A stretch of DNA of 53,389 bases from assembly GCA_014763785.1 (NCBI GenBank), contig JACXUS010000001.1, positions 1 to 53,389 on the forward strand, read 5' to 3'. Shown piece after piece: positions 1 through 8,684 of the stretch. The notes beneath the pieces are model-generated. The model saw nothing but the letters and a program-made list of their open reading frames with translations, ran no database searches and was not told where the DNA came from. The position numbers and the translations under genes were made by a program. Each line of letters starts with the position of its first letter. Position 1 is the first letter of the stretch. This stretch comes from Sphingomonadales bacterium. GTDB taxonomy: Bacteria; Pseudomonadota; Alphaproteobacteria; Rhodobacterales; Rhodobacteraceae.

Positions 1-192
1 ATGCCGCAGCGCCGCCAGATTGGCCAGCCGCAGAGCGGGCAGCCCCGCACGCCCCCGCCGCCAGCCCGCCGCAAAAGCCCCCAGATCACTGTCGGAAAAC
101 GACAGAACCAACAGATCCGCGGGCCGTTGCCGCAGATCGGTCGGAACCTCGGTTTCCTCAAGCCCGTGGCTTTCGCGAAAGACGACGTGCAT
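1..192 (-). CDS. cobN: Cobaltochelatase subunit CobN, N-terminal part (runs off window)
   Basis: Reverse strand from ATG at 192 reads MHVVFRESHGLEETEVPTDLRQRPADLLVLSFSDSDL..., a typical Rhodobacteraceae CobN N-terminus; 8 nt after the cobW stop. Not in the ORF track. Confidence 0.88.
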   Translation of the reverse strand, partial: MHVVFRESHGLEETEVPTDLRQRPADLLVLSFSDSDLGAFAAGWRRGRAGLPALRLANLAALRH

Positions 193-200
193 CGCGCGCC

Positions 201-1244
201 TCAGATCCCCGCGTCGGCCAGAACGGCGCGGATCGCGGCGGGGTCGATGCGGTCATGCTCGGCGATCACCACGAGGCGCGAGCGGCGCGGCTCGGGCCCC
301 CAGGGCCGGTCGAACTGATGGCGCACCCGCGCGCCGACCGCCTGCACCAGCAGCCGCATCGGCTTGCCCGCAACCGCCACATGACCCTTGACCCGCAGGA
401 TGTCTTGTTCCTGCGCGAGCCGGACGATGGCGGCGGCGAGGCGCGCAGGGTCGGTGATCTCGGGCAGCTCGATCACCGTGCTGTCGAAATCGTCATGCTC
501 GTGATCGTCATGGCCATCGTGATGGCTGGGGCGGGCCGCCAGATCATCCTCGGCCGCGGCATTTAGCCCAAGGATCACCTGCGGGTCGATCACCCCCTCG
601 ACCAGCGGCAGGATCGGCAGCTTGCGCGGCGCCTCGGCCTCGATGACGGCGCGGGCGGCGGCCAGCCCGGCCTCGCCCGCCAGATCGGCCTTGCTCAGCA
701 GCACGAGATCGGCGCAGGCGATCTGATCCTCGAACACCTCGGACAGCGGCGTTTCATGATCGAGGCTGTCGTCGGCCGCGCGCTGGGCATCGACGGCGGC
801 CGGATCGGGGGCGAAACGCCCGGCGGCGACGGCTTCGGCATCGGCCAGCGCGATCACCCCGTCGACCGTGATCCGCGAGCGGATCGCGGGCCAGTCGAAG
901 GCCTTGAGCAAGGGTTTGGGCAGCGCCAGCCCCGAGGTCTCGATCAGGATGTGATCGGGGCGCTGCGGCATCGCCAGCAGGGCCTCGACGGTGGGGATGA
1001 AATCCTCGGCCACGGTGCAGCAGATGCAGCCATTGGCGAGTTCCACGATATTCTCGGCCGGGCAATTCGCATCGGCGCAGGATTTCAGGATATCGCCATC
1101 GACGCCGACCGAGCCGAATTCATTGACCAGCACCGCCAGCCGCCGGCCCTGCGGGTTCTGCATCAGATGGCGTATCAGCGTGGTCTTGCCCGCGCCGAGA
1201 AAGCCGGTGATCACGGTGACGGGGATCTTTGCGAGGTCGGTCAT
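201..1244 (-). CDS. cobW: Cobalamin biosynthesis protein CobW (COG0523 GTPase metallochaperone)
   Basis: Starts MTDLAKIPVTVITGFLGAGKTT (Walker A); GCICC metal motif; ETSG; His-rich HHDGHDDHEHDD; ATGA overlap with upstream gene. Confidence 0.95.
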   Translation of the reverse strand: MTDLAKIPVTVITGFLGAGKTTLIRHLMQNPQGRRLAVLVNEFGSVGVDGDILKSCADANCPAENIVELANGCICCTVAEDFIPTVEALLAMPQRPDHILIETSGLALPKPLLKAFDWPAIRSRITVDGVIALADAEAVAAGRFAPDPAAVDAQRAADDSLDHETPLSEVFEDQIACADLVLLSKADLAGEAGLAAARAVIEAEAPRKLPILPLVEGVIDPQVILGLNAAAEDDLAARPSHHDGHDDHEHDDFDSTVIELPEITDPARLAAAIVRLAQEQDILRVKGHVAVAGKPMRLLVQAVGARVRHQFDRPWGPEPRRSRLVVIAEHDRIDPAAIRAVLADAGI

Positions 1245-1603
1245 TGCGGCTCTCCGATCGGGGGAATGCGGGCAAGGGATTGCTTGCGGAAAATCTCGGG
1301 GCGCTCGCGCCAGGGCACGAGGCCATCGGGCGCGGCGGCATAGCCCGCGGCGCCCTCCAGAATGGCGGGGGCATCGGCCTCGCTCAGGCGGCCATAGACA
1401 TAGGACCAGCGCCCCGGCCCGCTCAGCGCCACCGCGCAGCCCTGCGAACAGGCGGAAAGGCACTCCACCCGCTGCAGTTGAACGCTTTCGGGCGCGCCCG
1501 CCGCCTCGAGCGCGGCGGCAAGGCGGGCGCCGGGCACCGGGGTGCCGTCCACAACGGCCTCGCCCGCGCGGCAGGTCGAACAGATCGAAAGGGTCACCGT
1601 CAT
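1241..1603 (-). CDS. DUF1636 family Cys-rich putative metal-binding protein
   Basis: CSTC and CLSACSQGC motifs, WSYVYGRL, C-terminal ARIPP; SD GAGGA; first gene after the riboswitch. Confidence 0.85.
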   Translation of the reverse strand: MTVTLSICSTCRAGEAVVDGTPVPGARLAAALEAAGAPESVQLQRVECLSACSQGCAVALSGPGRWSYVYGRLSEADAPAILEGAAGYAAAPDGLVPWRERPEIFRKQSLARIPPIGEPQ

Positions 1604-1700
1604 CGGCCGTCCTCATGTCAGAATGCGAAGAGGCGCGGCCGAAAGAGCGCATGACTGCGCCTTCCCGGTCGCGGAACACCCCGTCCGCCCGTTGATATCG

Positions 1701-1891
1701 ATGCTGGCAGGTCTCCCGGCTTGCGGATTGGGGCCTTGCGGCTCCGGCCTCACCGCCTTCCCGAACCCGTCTGGGCCAGTGGCATTGGTGGGGCGATCCG
1801 GTCACGGTCGCGGGGGCGGCTGTGCTTGAGACCCCCTTGACGGCGGCCCTGTCACATTCCCTTTTCACCTGTCATGGACAGGCACCAGCAT
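1701..1891 (-). promoter_or_regulatory. Cobalamin (AdoCbl) riboswitch controlling DUF1636-cobW-cobN
   Basis: Minus strand has P1 ATGCTGG/CCAGCAT, GGTGCC...TGAAAAGGGAA, GCCCCCGCGACCGT, GCCACTGG...GGGAAGG and the B12 box AGCCGGGAGACCTGCC. A downstream hairpin (1603-1642, TCGGCCG..CCTC / GAGG.CGGCCGA) can sequester the DUF1636 SD, suggesting translational control. Confidence 0.95.
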
Positions 1892-1940
1892 GTGCCTCAG
1901 AAATGCGATGCCGATCCGAAAGTCAAGGAGCACGACCGAC

Positions 1941-2564
1941 ATGCCGACCGACGATGCCGGGGATAAAGCCGCCCGCCATGCCGCCAAGATGGCCAGAATC
2001 AAGGTCGCGCGCGACCGGATGATGGCGCAGAAGACCGGCGAGAAGGGGCTGATCATCGTCCATACCGGGCCGGGCAAGGGCAAATCCTCGTCCGGGTTCG
2101 GGATGATCCTGCGGGCGATTGCGCATGGCATGCCCTGTGCGGTGGTGCAGTTCATCAAGGGTGCATGGGACACCGGCGAGCGGCGCCTGCTGACCGGGCA
2201 TTTCGGCGATCTGTGCCAATTTTACGCGATGGGCGAAGGGTTTACATGGGAAACCCAGGATCGCGAGCGTGACATTGCGGCGGCGCGGGCGGGCTGGGAC
2301 AAGGCCAAGGAGCTGATCCGCGATCCGGCGATCCGCTTCGTTCTGCTCGATGAAATCAACATCGCGCTGCGGTATGATTATCTGGATATTTCTGAAATTC
2401 TGGAATTTCTGGATAAAGAAAAACCTCCAATGACCCATGTTTGCCTGACTGGTCGCAACGCGAAGCCCGAGCTGATCGAGGCCGCCGATCTGGTCACCGA
2501 AATGGTCGCGGTGAAGCATCCGTTCCGTGCGGGCATCAAGGCGCAGGCTGGCGTCGAATTCTGA
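1941..2564 (+). CDS. cobO: Cob(I)yrinic acid a,c-diamide adenosyltransferase
   Basis: HTGPGKGKSS, QFIKG, GEGFTW, LDEIN, TGR, KHPF..G..AQ.G.EF motifs; SD AAGGAG at 1925-1930. Confidence 0.95.
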   Translation: MPTDDAGDKAARHAAKMARIKVARDRMMAQKTGEKGLIIVHTGPGKGKSSSGFGMILRAIAHGMPCAVVQFIKGAWDTGERRLLTGHFGDLCQFYAMGEGFTWETQDRERDIAAARAGWDKAKELIRDPAIRFVLLDEINIALRYDYLDISEILEFLDKEKPPMTHVCLTGRNAKPELIEAADLVTEMVAVKHPFRAGIKAQAGVEF

Positions 2565-2616
2565 ACCCCTCGTCCGGCGCGGGCATTTCATGACCTCGGG
2601 TCCATGCGCAAAAACG

Positions 2617-2642
2617 AATCTTGACTTTAATTGTCGGCTATT
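2617..2642 (+). promoter_or_regulatory. Putative Iron-Rhodo (IscR-type) box overlapping the -35 of the heme-uptake operon
   Basis: AT-rich imperfect dyad TTGAC-tttaatt-GTCGG (2621-2637) about 80 nt upstream of the receptor gene; resembles the Rhodobacteraceae iron-regulon motif as I recall it. Confidence 0.6.
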
Positions 2643-2716
2643 AAATATGCCGCGTAACAGACCCGTTGCCAGCTCCCTGCCAGCAATCCCGCACTTGCTA
2701 GATCAGGGAGATCGCC

Positions 2717-4711
2717 ATGCACCCCGCCCCGCGGCACCTTGCCGCCTGTCTGCTTTGCACCACCGCCCTTGCGCTGCCGCTCGCTGCACAGGACGGTTCG
2801 GATATCACCTATCTGGGCCAGATCGTGATCGGCTATGCCGAGGACGGCACGCCGATTTTTGCGGGCGAAAACGCCACCCATCTGGGCGCCGACGACCTGC
2901 GCGGCGCGGCCAGCACCACCGATCTGGATGGGCTGTTGCGGCAGCAAACCTCGGTCTTCACCCAGAAAGACCCGGGCAACCCCGGCGTTGCGGTCAATAT
3001 CCGCGGTTTCGAGGGGTCGGGCCGGGTCGCCATGTCGATCGACGGTGTCCCGCAAAGCTATCGCCTGACCGGGCATGCCGCGCAGGGCTATGTCTTCGTG
3101 GATGAAAACCTGTTGTCCGGGGTGGATATCACCCGCGGGCCGGTCACGGCGCTCGGCGGTTCGGGCTATGCGGGCTCGGCCGATTTCCGAACGCTTGAGG
3201 TGGGTGACGTGCTGCGTCCGGGTGCAAGCCAAGGCGGCATGGTGCGGCTCGATTATGCCGACAATGGCGAGACGGCCTCGGGCATGGCCGCGGTCGCGAT
3301 GGACACCGGGCGGTTCGACATGCTCTTTGCCACCTCGCGCCATACCGGCGCGGATTACAGCGACGGCGCGGGCGCCACGGTTGCGAACACGGATGAGGAT
3401 ATCACCTCGCAGCTGTTCAAGCTGGGCTATGACCTGACCGAGAGCCAGCGGATCAGCCTGTCGCTGATGCACTACGGCACCGATTTCTATGCCACGAGCT
3501 ACGAGCAGCAACTGAGCAACGATATCGGGCGGCTCAGCTATAGCTATGACCCCGGCAATCCGCTGATCGACCTGCGCGTGAACGCCTATACCGGGCGCAC
3601 CAAGACGGAATGGGTCGGCGGCAGGGGGTCCTCTGTCGGGCGCGAGATGTCGACCCGCCCCACCGGCTTTGATGTGATGAACACCTCGGACCTGACGCTG
3701 GGCGCCTGGGCGGTGACCAGTGCGAACGGGATCGAGGCGGCGCGTGACACGCTGGATGGCACCAAGGGCGGTGTGAACCCGACCGATGGCACCGCCGAAC
3801 GCTTCGCGATCTTCTCGGAAAACGTCTTCCGCAACGGCCCGTGGGAGATCACCGCAGGCCTGCGCGCTAGCTCCTATAGCCTCGAGGGGCAGGCCTCGCG
3901 CGGGGCAATCGACATTGATGACCGCTCGATCGACCCGAAGCTGACCGTGGCCTATCAGGCGAACGACTGGCTGCAGCCCTATCTCACCCTGTCGCGCGGC
4001 ACCCGGGCGCCGACGCTGCAGGAAACCATGCTGGGCGGGACGCACCCGGGCGGCGGCATCGGCATGATCGCCAACCCCGAGCTGCAATCGGAGACCGAAG
4101 AGGGCTACGAGATCGGCTTCAACCTGACGCGCGAGGGGCTTTTCGCCGGGAACGACAGCCTGCGCGGGCGGCTCAACTACTACAATATGGATGTCGAGAA
4201 CTATGTGGTGACCGACATGTCCTTCACCAATGCCTTCGGGCAGACGGGCGCGGCCTTTGTCAACGTGCCGGGCACCTCGCGCACCCAAGGGGTCGAGCTT
4301 GAACTGACCTATTCCCAGCCGCTCTTCGATGTGGGGCTGAGCTACACCCATAACGACAGCGATCTGCCGAGCCAGACGCCGGGTCTGGGCGCCGGGCAAT
4401 ATCTGCCCGATGATACCCTCTCGCTGCGGGTGGCGCAGCACCTGATGGACGGGCGGCTGACGCTCGGGGCGAATTACACCTATGTGTCGGGCGGGCTTTA
4501 TACCGACACCTATACCAGCACCCCCTATCAGAAGGACGAGAGCTATGACCTCGTCGATCTCTTCGCCAGCTACGAGCTGACGCCGGATGCGGTGATCTAC
4601 GCCAAGGTGACCAACGTCTTCGACGAGGTCTATGCGCCGTGGCTGTCGGCCAGCGCCGGCGAGAATGGCCGCGGCCGCACGCTGCATGTCGGCGCCTCGC
4701 TGAAATTCTGA
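2717..4711 (+). CDS. TonB-dependent heme/hemoprotein receptor
   Basis: Signal peptide; plug NIRG..G.GRV..IDGV; heme-receptor motifs TRAP...H...NPEL; C-terminal GRTLHVGASLKF ending in Phe. Confidence 0.92.
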   Translation: MHPAPRHLAACLLCTTALALPLAAQDGSDITYLGQIVIGYAEDGTPIFAGENATHLGADDLRGAASTTDLDGLLRQQTSVFTQKDPGNPGVAVNIRGFEGSGRVAMSIDGVPQSYRLTGHAAQGYVFVDENLLSGVDITRGPVTALGGSGYAGSADFRTLEVGDVLRPGASQGGMVRLDYADNGETASGMAAVAMDTGRFDMLFATSRHTGADYSDGAGATVANTDEDITSQLFKLGYDLTESQRISLSLMHYGTDFYATSYEQQLSNDIGRLSYSYDPGNPLIDLRVNAYTGRTKTEWVGGRGSSVGREMSTRPTGFDVMNTSDLTLGAWAVTSANGIEAARDTLDGTKGGVNPTDGTAERFAIFSENVFRNGPWEITAGLRASSYSLEGQASRGAIDIDDRSIDPKLTVAYQANDWLQPYLTLSRGTRAPTLQETMLGGTHPGGGIGMIANPELQSETEEGYEIGFNLTREGLFAGNDSLRGRLNYYNMDVENYVVTDMSFTNAFGQTGAAFVNVPGTSRTQGVELELTYSQPLFDVGLSYTHNDSDLPSQTPGLGAGQYLPDDTLSLRVAQHLMDGRLTLGANYTYVSGGLYTDTYTSTPYQKDESYDLVDLFASYELTPDAVIYAKVTNVFDEVYAPWLSASAGENGRGRTLHVGASLKF

Positions 4712-4732
4712 CCCGCATCCAGGAGACCCCAG

Positions 4733-5779
4733 ATGACCCTTAGCCCCGAGGCGATCCGCGCCGCCCGTATCGAGACCCCCAAGGCCCGCGCCCGCGATCT
4801 GGCCGAAAGCCTTGGCATCCCCGAGGCAGCACTTTGCGCCGCGTTTGTCGGCCATGGCGTGACCCGGATCGCCGCCCATCCCGATGGGATCATCCCCCGC
4901 CTGACCGCCTTTGGCCCGCTGATGGCGCTGACCCGAAACGACAGCTGCGTGATCGAAAAGGTCGGCACCTATGACGATTATCGCCCCGGCGCGCATGCCG
5001 CGTTGGTGGTGAATGAGACGATCGACCTGCGGCTGTTCCCCGGCCACTGGGTGCATGGTTTCGCGCTGGAAGAAGCGACCGAGGCGGGGGTGAAACGCTC
5101 GATCCAGATCTTCGATGCGGCGGGTGATGCGGTGCACAAGATCCACCTGCGCCCGGAGAGCGACACGAGCCACTGGGCCGCGCTGGTGGCCGATCTGCGG
5201 CTGGAGGATCAGGGGCAGGGGCCTGATCTGACGCCGCGCCAGCCGCCCGAGGGGCCGCGCGCCAACCCGGCGCGCGCCGGGGAGCTGCGCGAGGGTTGGG
5301 ACGCGCTGAGTGACACCCATCAGTTCCTGCGCCTGACCGCGCGGCTCAAGATGAACCGGTTGGGCGCCTATCGGCTGGCGGGGCCGGGCTATGCCCGCCG
5401 CCTCGCGCCGGGATCGGTCGAGCGGCTGATGCATGGCGTGGCGGAAACCGGCGTGCCGACGATGTTTTTCGTCGGCAATCAGGGCTGTATCGAGATCCAC
5501 ACCGGCCCGATTGCCCGGGTGGTCGAGATGGGGCCGTGGATCAATGTGCTCGATCCGGGCTTCGATCTGCATCTGCGGATGGATCATATCGCCGAGACCT
5601 ATGCCGTGGTGAAAAACACCGCCCGCGGTCCGGCGCATTCGGTGGAGTGCTTCGAAGCCCGCGGGGCGCTGATTGCGCAGATCTTCGGCGTGCTGCGCGC
5701 AGGCGATGCGGCTGTGGCGGGCTGGAACGCTTTGGTCGCCGATCTGCCCGATGCCGCCGTGACGGAGGCCGCGCAGTGA
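4733..5779 (+). CDS. hmuS: Hemin-degrading/trafficking factor HmuS/HemS/ChuS
   Basis: MALTRN..VIEK.G, IDLRLF..W, SIQIFD..G.AVHK, DTHQF, FVGN.GCIEIH. Confidence 0.93.
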   Translation: MTLSPEAIRAARIETPKARARDLAESLGIPEAALCAAFVGHGVTRIAAHPDGIIPRLTAFGPLMALTRNDSCVIEKVGTYDDYRPGAHAALVVNETIDLRLFPGHWVHGFALEEATEAGVKRSIQIFDAAGDAVHKIHLRPESDTSHWAALVADLRLEDQGQGPDLTPRQPPEGPRANPARAGELREGWDALSDTHQFLRLTARLKMNRLGAYRLAGPGYARRLAPGSVERLMHGVAETGVPTMFFVGNQGCIEIHTGPIARVVEMGPWINVLDPGFDLHLRMDHIAETYAVVKNTARGPAHSVECFEARGALIAQIFGVLRAGDAAVAGWNALVADLPDAAVTEAAQ

Positions 5780-6627
5780 TCCGCCCGGCCCTGATCGGTC
5801 TTGCGCTGCTGCTGGCGCAGCCTGCCCTTGCGCAGGAGCGCGTCCTGTCCATCGGCGGCGCGGTCAGCGAGACCGTTGCCGCGCTCGGCCAAGAGGCCCG
5901 TCTGGTCGCGCGCGACACCACGACGACCTATCCGCCCGCGCTGACCGCCCTGCCCGATGTGGGCTATATGCGCCAGCTTTCGCCCGAGGGGGTGCTGTCG
6001 GTCGGCCCCGATCTGATCCTGATGGCCGAGGGCGCGGGCCCCCCCGAGACGCTGGCGACCCTGCGCGCCGCGGGTATCGCGATGGTCGAGGTGCCCGAAG
6101 GCCATACGCCCGGGGCCGTGCAAGAGAAAATCCGCGTGATCGCCGCGGCGCTGGGCGTGGACGAGGCGGGCGCGGCGCTGGCCGATCAGCTGGGCGCCGA
6201 GATTGCCGCCGCCACGGCGCAGGCCACCGCCGAGCCGGGGCCAAAGCCGCGGGTTTTGTTCATCCTTGGCAATTCCGGCGGGCGACTGACCGGCGCGGGC
6301 ACGGGCACCTCGGCCGAAGCCATGATCGCGTTGGCGGGCGGGGTGAATGCGCTGGAGGGTTTTGCGGGCTACAAGGCGCTCAGCGATGAGGCAATTGCCG
6401 CCGCCGCGCCCGATGTCCTTCTGGTGATGGACCGCGGCGCGGGCGACACCTCGGAAGGGGTCAGCGACGATCGCGACTATCTGACCCATCCTGCCATCGC
6501 CGCGACGCCGGCGGGGCGCGAGGCGCGCGTGGTGCGGATGGAGGGCATGTTCCTGCTGGGCTTTGGCCCACGCACGGCCGAGGCGATCACCGCGCTGCAT
6601 GCGGCCCTTTACCCCAAGGCGCCGTGA
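5776..6627 (+). CDS. hmuT: Heme ABC transporter periplasmic binding protein
   Basis: GTG start overlapping hmuS stop; signal peptide; heme-ligand Tyr in DVGYMRQLSPEG; LLGFGPR. Confidence 0.92.
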   Translation: MIRPALIGLALLLAQPALAQERVLSIGGAVSETVAALGQEARLVARDTTTTYPPALTALPDVGYMRQLSPEGVLSVGPDLILMAEGAGPPETLATLRAAGIAMVEVPEGHTPGAVQEKIRVIAAALGVDEAGAALADQLGAEIAAATAQATAEPGPKPRVLFILGNSGGRLTGAGTGTSAEAMIALAGGVNALEGFAGYKALSDEAIAAAAPDVLLVMDRGAGDTSEGVSDDRDYLTHPAIAATPAGREARVVRMEGMFLLGFGPRTAEAITALHAALYPKAP

Positions 6628-6628
6628 C

Positions 6629-7681
6629 ATGACCGCCGTTCCCCTGCGTGCAGCCGCCGCGCCGCCGCACCGCCTGCCCGTGGCTGTGGTCGCCATCGGC
6701 CTTGCCCTGCTGCTGGCCGTGGCGGCACTGGCGAGCCTCAGCCTTGGCGCCTCGGGGCTGCTGCCATGGGAGGTGATCTTGCGCGACACGACCCCGGCTG
6801 AACGCGCGATCTTGTTCGATATCCGCCTGCCGCGGCTGATCCTCGGGGTGCTGGTGGGGGCGGCGCTGGCGGTTTCGGGCGCGCTGATGCAGGGGCTCTT
6901 CCGCAACCCCTTGGCCGATCCGGGGCTCGTGGGCGTGGGCGCCGGGGCGGGCCTCGGCGCGGTCATCGCTATCGTGCTGGGCGGGCTTTTGCCGGTCACC
7001 AACCGCGCGATGCTGGGCGCGTATCTGGTGCCGGTCTTTGCCTTCGCGGGCGGCTGGGCGGCGGTGCTGATCCTCTATCGGGTGGCCAGCCTGCGCGGCC
7101 AGACCTCGATCGCGACGATGCTTCTGGCGGGGATCGTGCTTGGCGCGCTGGCGGGGGCGGTCACCGGCATCCTGATCTTTGTGGCCGATGACAATCAGCT
7201 GCGCGATCTGACCTTCTGGGGCCTTGGCTCGCTGGCCGGGGCCAACTGGACCAAGCTCGCCGCCGCGGCGCCGATCCTGATTGCCGGGCTCGCCGCCGCG
7301 CCGTTTCTGGCGCGCGGGCTTGATGCGATGGCCTTGGGCGAGGGGGTCGCGCAGCACATGGGCGTGCCGGTCGAGACGGTCAAGCGCGGCGCGATCCTGT
7401 CGGTGGCGGCGATGACCGGGGCGGCGGTGGCGGTGTCGGGCGGGATCGGCTTTCTGGGCATCGTCGTGCCGCATATCCTGCGGCTTGCGGTGGGGCCGGG
7501 GCATCGGCTGCTGCTGCCGCTGGCGGCGCTCTTCGGGGCGGCGCTGCTCGTCGCGGCCGATACGGTGGCGCGGCTCGCCGTGGCGCCCGCCGAGTTGCCG
7601 ATCGGCATCATCATGGCGCTGATCGGCGCGCCGGTCTTCCTGTGGATTCTGCTCGCGCGCCGCGCTGTGCTGGAGGTCTGA
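6629..7681 (+). CDS. hmuU: Heme ABC transporter permease (FecCD family)
   Basis: IRLPR, QGLFRNPLADP, GIGFLGIVVPH, ELPIG motifs; hydrophobic. Confidence 0.93.
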   Translation: MTAVPLRAAAAPPHRLPVAVVAIGLALLLAVAALASLSLGASGLLPWEVILRDTTPAERAILFDIRLPRLILGVLVGAALAVSGALMQGLFRNPLADPGLVGVGAGAGLGAVIAIVLGGLLPVTNRAMLGAYLVPVFAFAGGWAAVLILYRVASLRGQTSIATMLLAGIVLGALAGAVTGILIFVADDNQLRDLTFWGLGSLAGANWTKLAAAAPILIAGLAAAPFLARGLDAMALGEGVAQHMGVPVETVKRGAILSVAAMTGAAVAVSGGIGFLGIVVPHILRLAVGPGHRLLLPLAALFGAALLVAADTVARLAVAPAELPIGIIMALIGAPVFLWILLARRAVLEV

Positions 7682-7684
7682 GCC

Positions 7685-8464
7685 ATGCTGCAGGCAACCG
7701 GGCTTTGGGCGCATCTGGGCGGGCGTGCGGTGCTGAACGGCGTCGATTTTCACGCGCGGCCCGGCCAGATCACGGCCATTGTCGGGCCGAATGGCTCGGG
7801 AAAAACGACCCTGATGCGGCGTCTGACGGGCGATCTGACGGGGCCGGGTGAGGTCACGCTGGGCGGCGATCCGCTGGCACGACTCTCGCCGCGCGCGCTG
7901 GCGCTGCGCCGGGCGGTGCTGCCGCAGGCGGGCACGCTGGGCTTCCCCTTCACGCTGCGCGAGGTGGTGCGGATGGGCCATCAGGCCGGTGCCGCCGCCC
8001 CCGAGCCCGGCATCGTCGAGGCCGCGTTGGACGAGGTCGGGCTCGGCGCCAAGATCGACGGGCTGTTTCAGGACATGTCGGGCGGCGAGCAGGCGCGCGG
8101 CCATCTGGCGCGGGTGCGCGCGCAGGTCTGGCATCCGGTGCAGGAGGGTCGGCCTGCGTGGCTTTTCGTCGATGAGCCGGTCGCGGCGCTTGATATCGGG
8201 CATCAGCTGCAGGTGATGGCGGTGCTGCGCCGCTTTGCCGATGCGGGGGGCGGGGTCATCGCGGTGATGCACGATCTGAACCTGACCGCGATGCATGCCG
8301 AGCGGATCGTGCTGATGGAGGCCGGGCGCATTGCCGCCGCGGGGCCGCCCGCCGAGGTGATGACCGGCCCGCTTCTGTCGCGGGCCTATCGCTGCCAGCT
8401 GTGTCTGAATACCGCGCCCGAACAGGGGATCTGGCTCTTGCCGCATGCCGCCTCGCTTGGATAG
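7685..8464 (+). CDS. hmuV: Heme ABC transporter ATP-binding protein
   Basis: GPNGSGKT, SGGE, VDEP, HDLNL. Confidence 0.93.
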   Translation: MLQATGLWAHLGGRAVLNGVDFHARPGQITAIVGPNGSGKTTLMRRLTGDLTGPGEVTLGGDPLARLSPRALALRRAVLPQAGTLGFPFTLREVVRMGHQAGAAAPEPGIVEAALDEVGLGAKIDGLFQDMSGGEQARGHLARVRAQVWHPVQEGRPAWLFVDEPVAALDIGHQLQVMAVLRRFADAGGGVIAVMHDLNLTAMHAERIVLMEAGRIAAAGPPAEVMTGPLLSRAYRCQLCLNTAPEQGIWLLPHAASLG

Positions 8465-8684
8465 GGCGCGCGGCGGGGCGGGTCCTTGACGCTGGCGACG
8501 GCATGAGGCGGCCTCCAAGCCGGATCAGCCCCGTTATGGGGGCGATTGCAAGCTGGTTTTTGCTGCCGCTGCACGGTCAAAACGCGCGCCGTGACTGGTC
8601 AGCGGATTTTCTGCGGTTTACAGTCCCGGCGCGCGGCCTCTGCGTCAGGACCGCGCCCTGATATCCTGAGGGAAAGGACGAGAG

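Noticed and set aside
1245-1868. Long N-terminal extension of cobW in the ORF track
   Set aside because: Runs through DUF1636 and the riboswitch; the real start is the coupled ATG at 1244. The track extensions of regB, fxsA, tim44, hmuT and the HD gene were trimmed likewise.
2627-5638. 1003-aa minus-strand ORF
   Set aside because: Antisense shadow of the receptor and hmuS; no motifs; expected at high GC
2717-8464. BtuB/BtuCDF cobalamin importer because of adjacency to cobO
   Set aside because: HmuS, heme-ligand motifs and an iron-type box indicate heme; the riboswitch faces the other way
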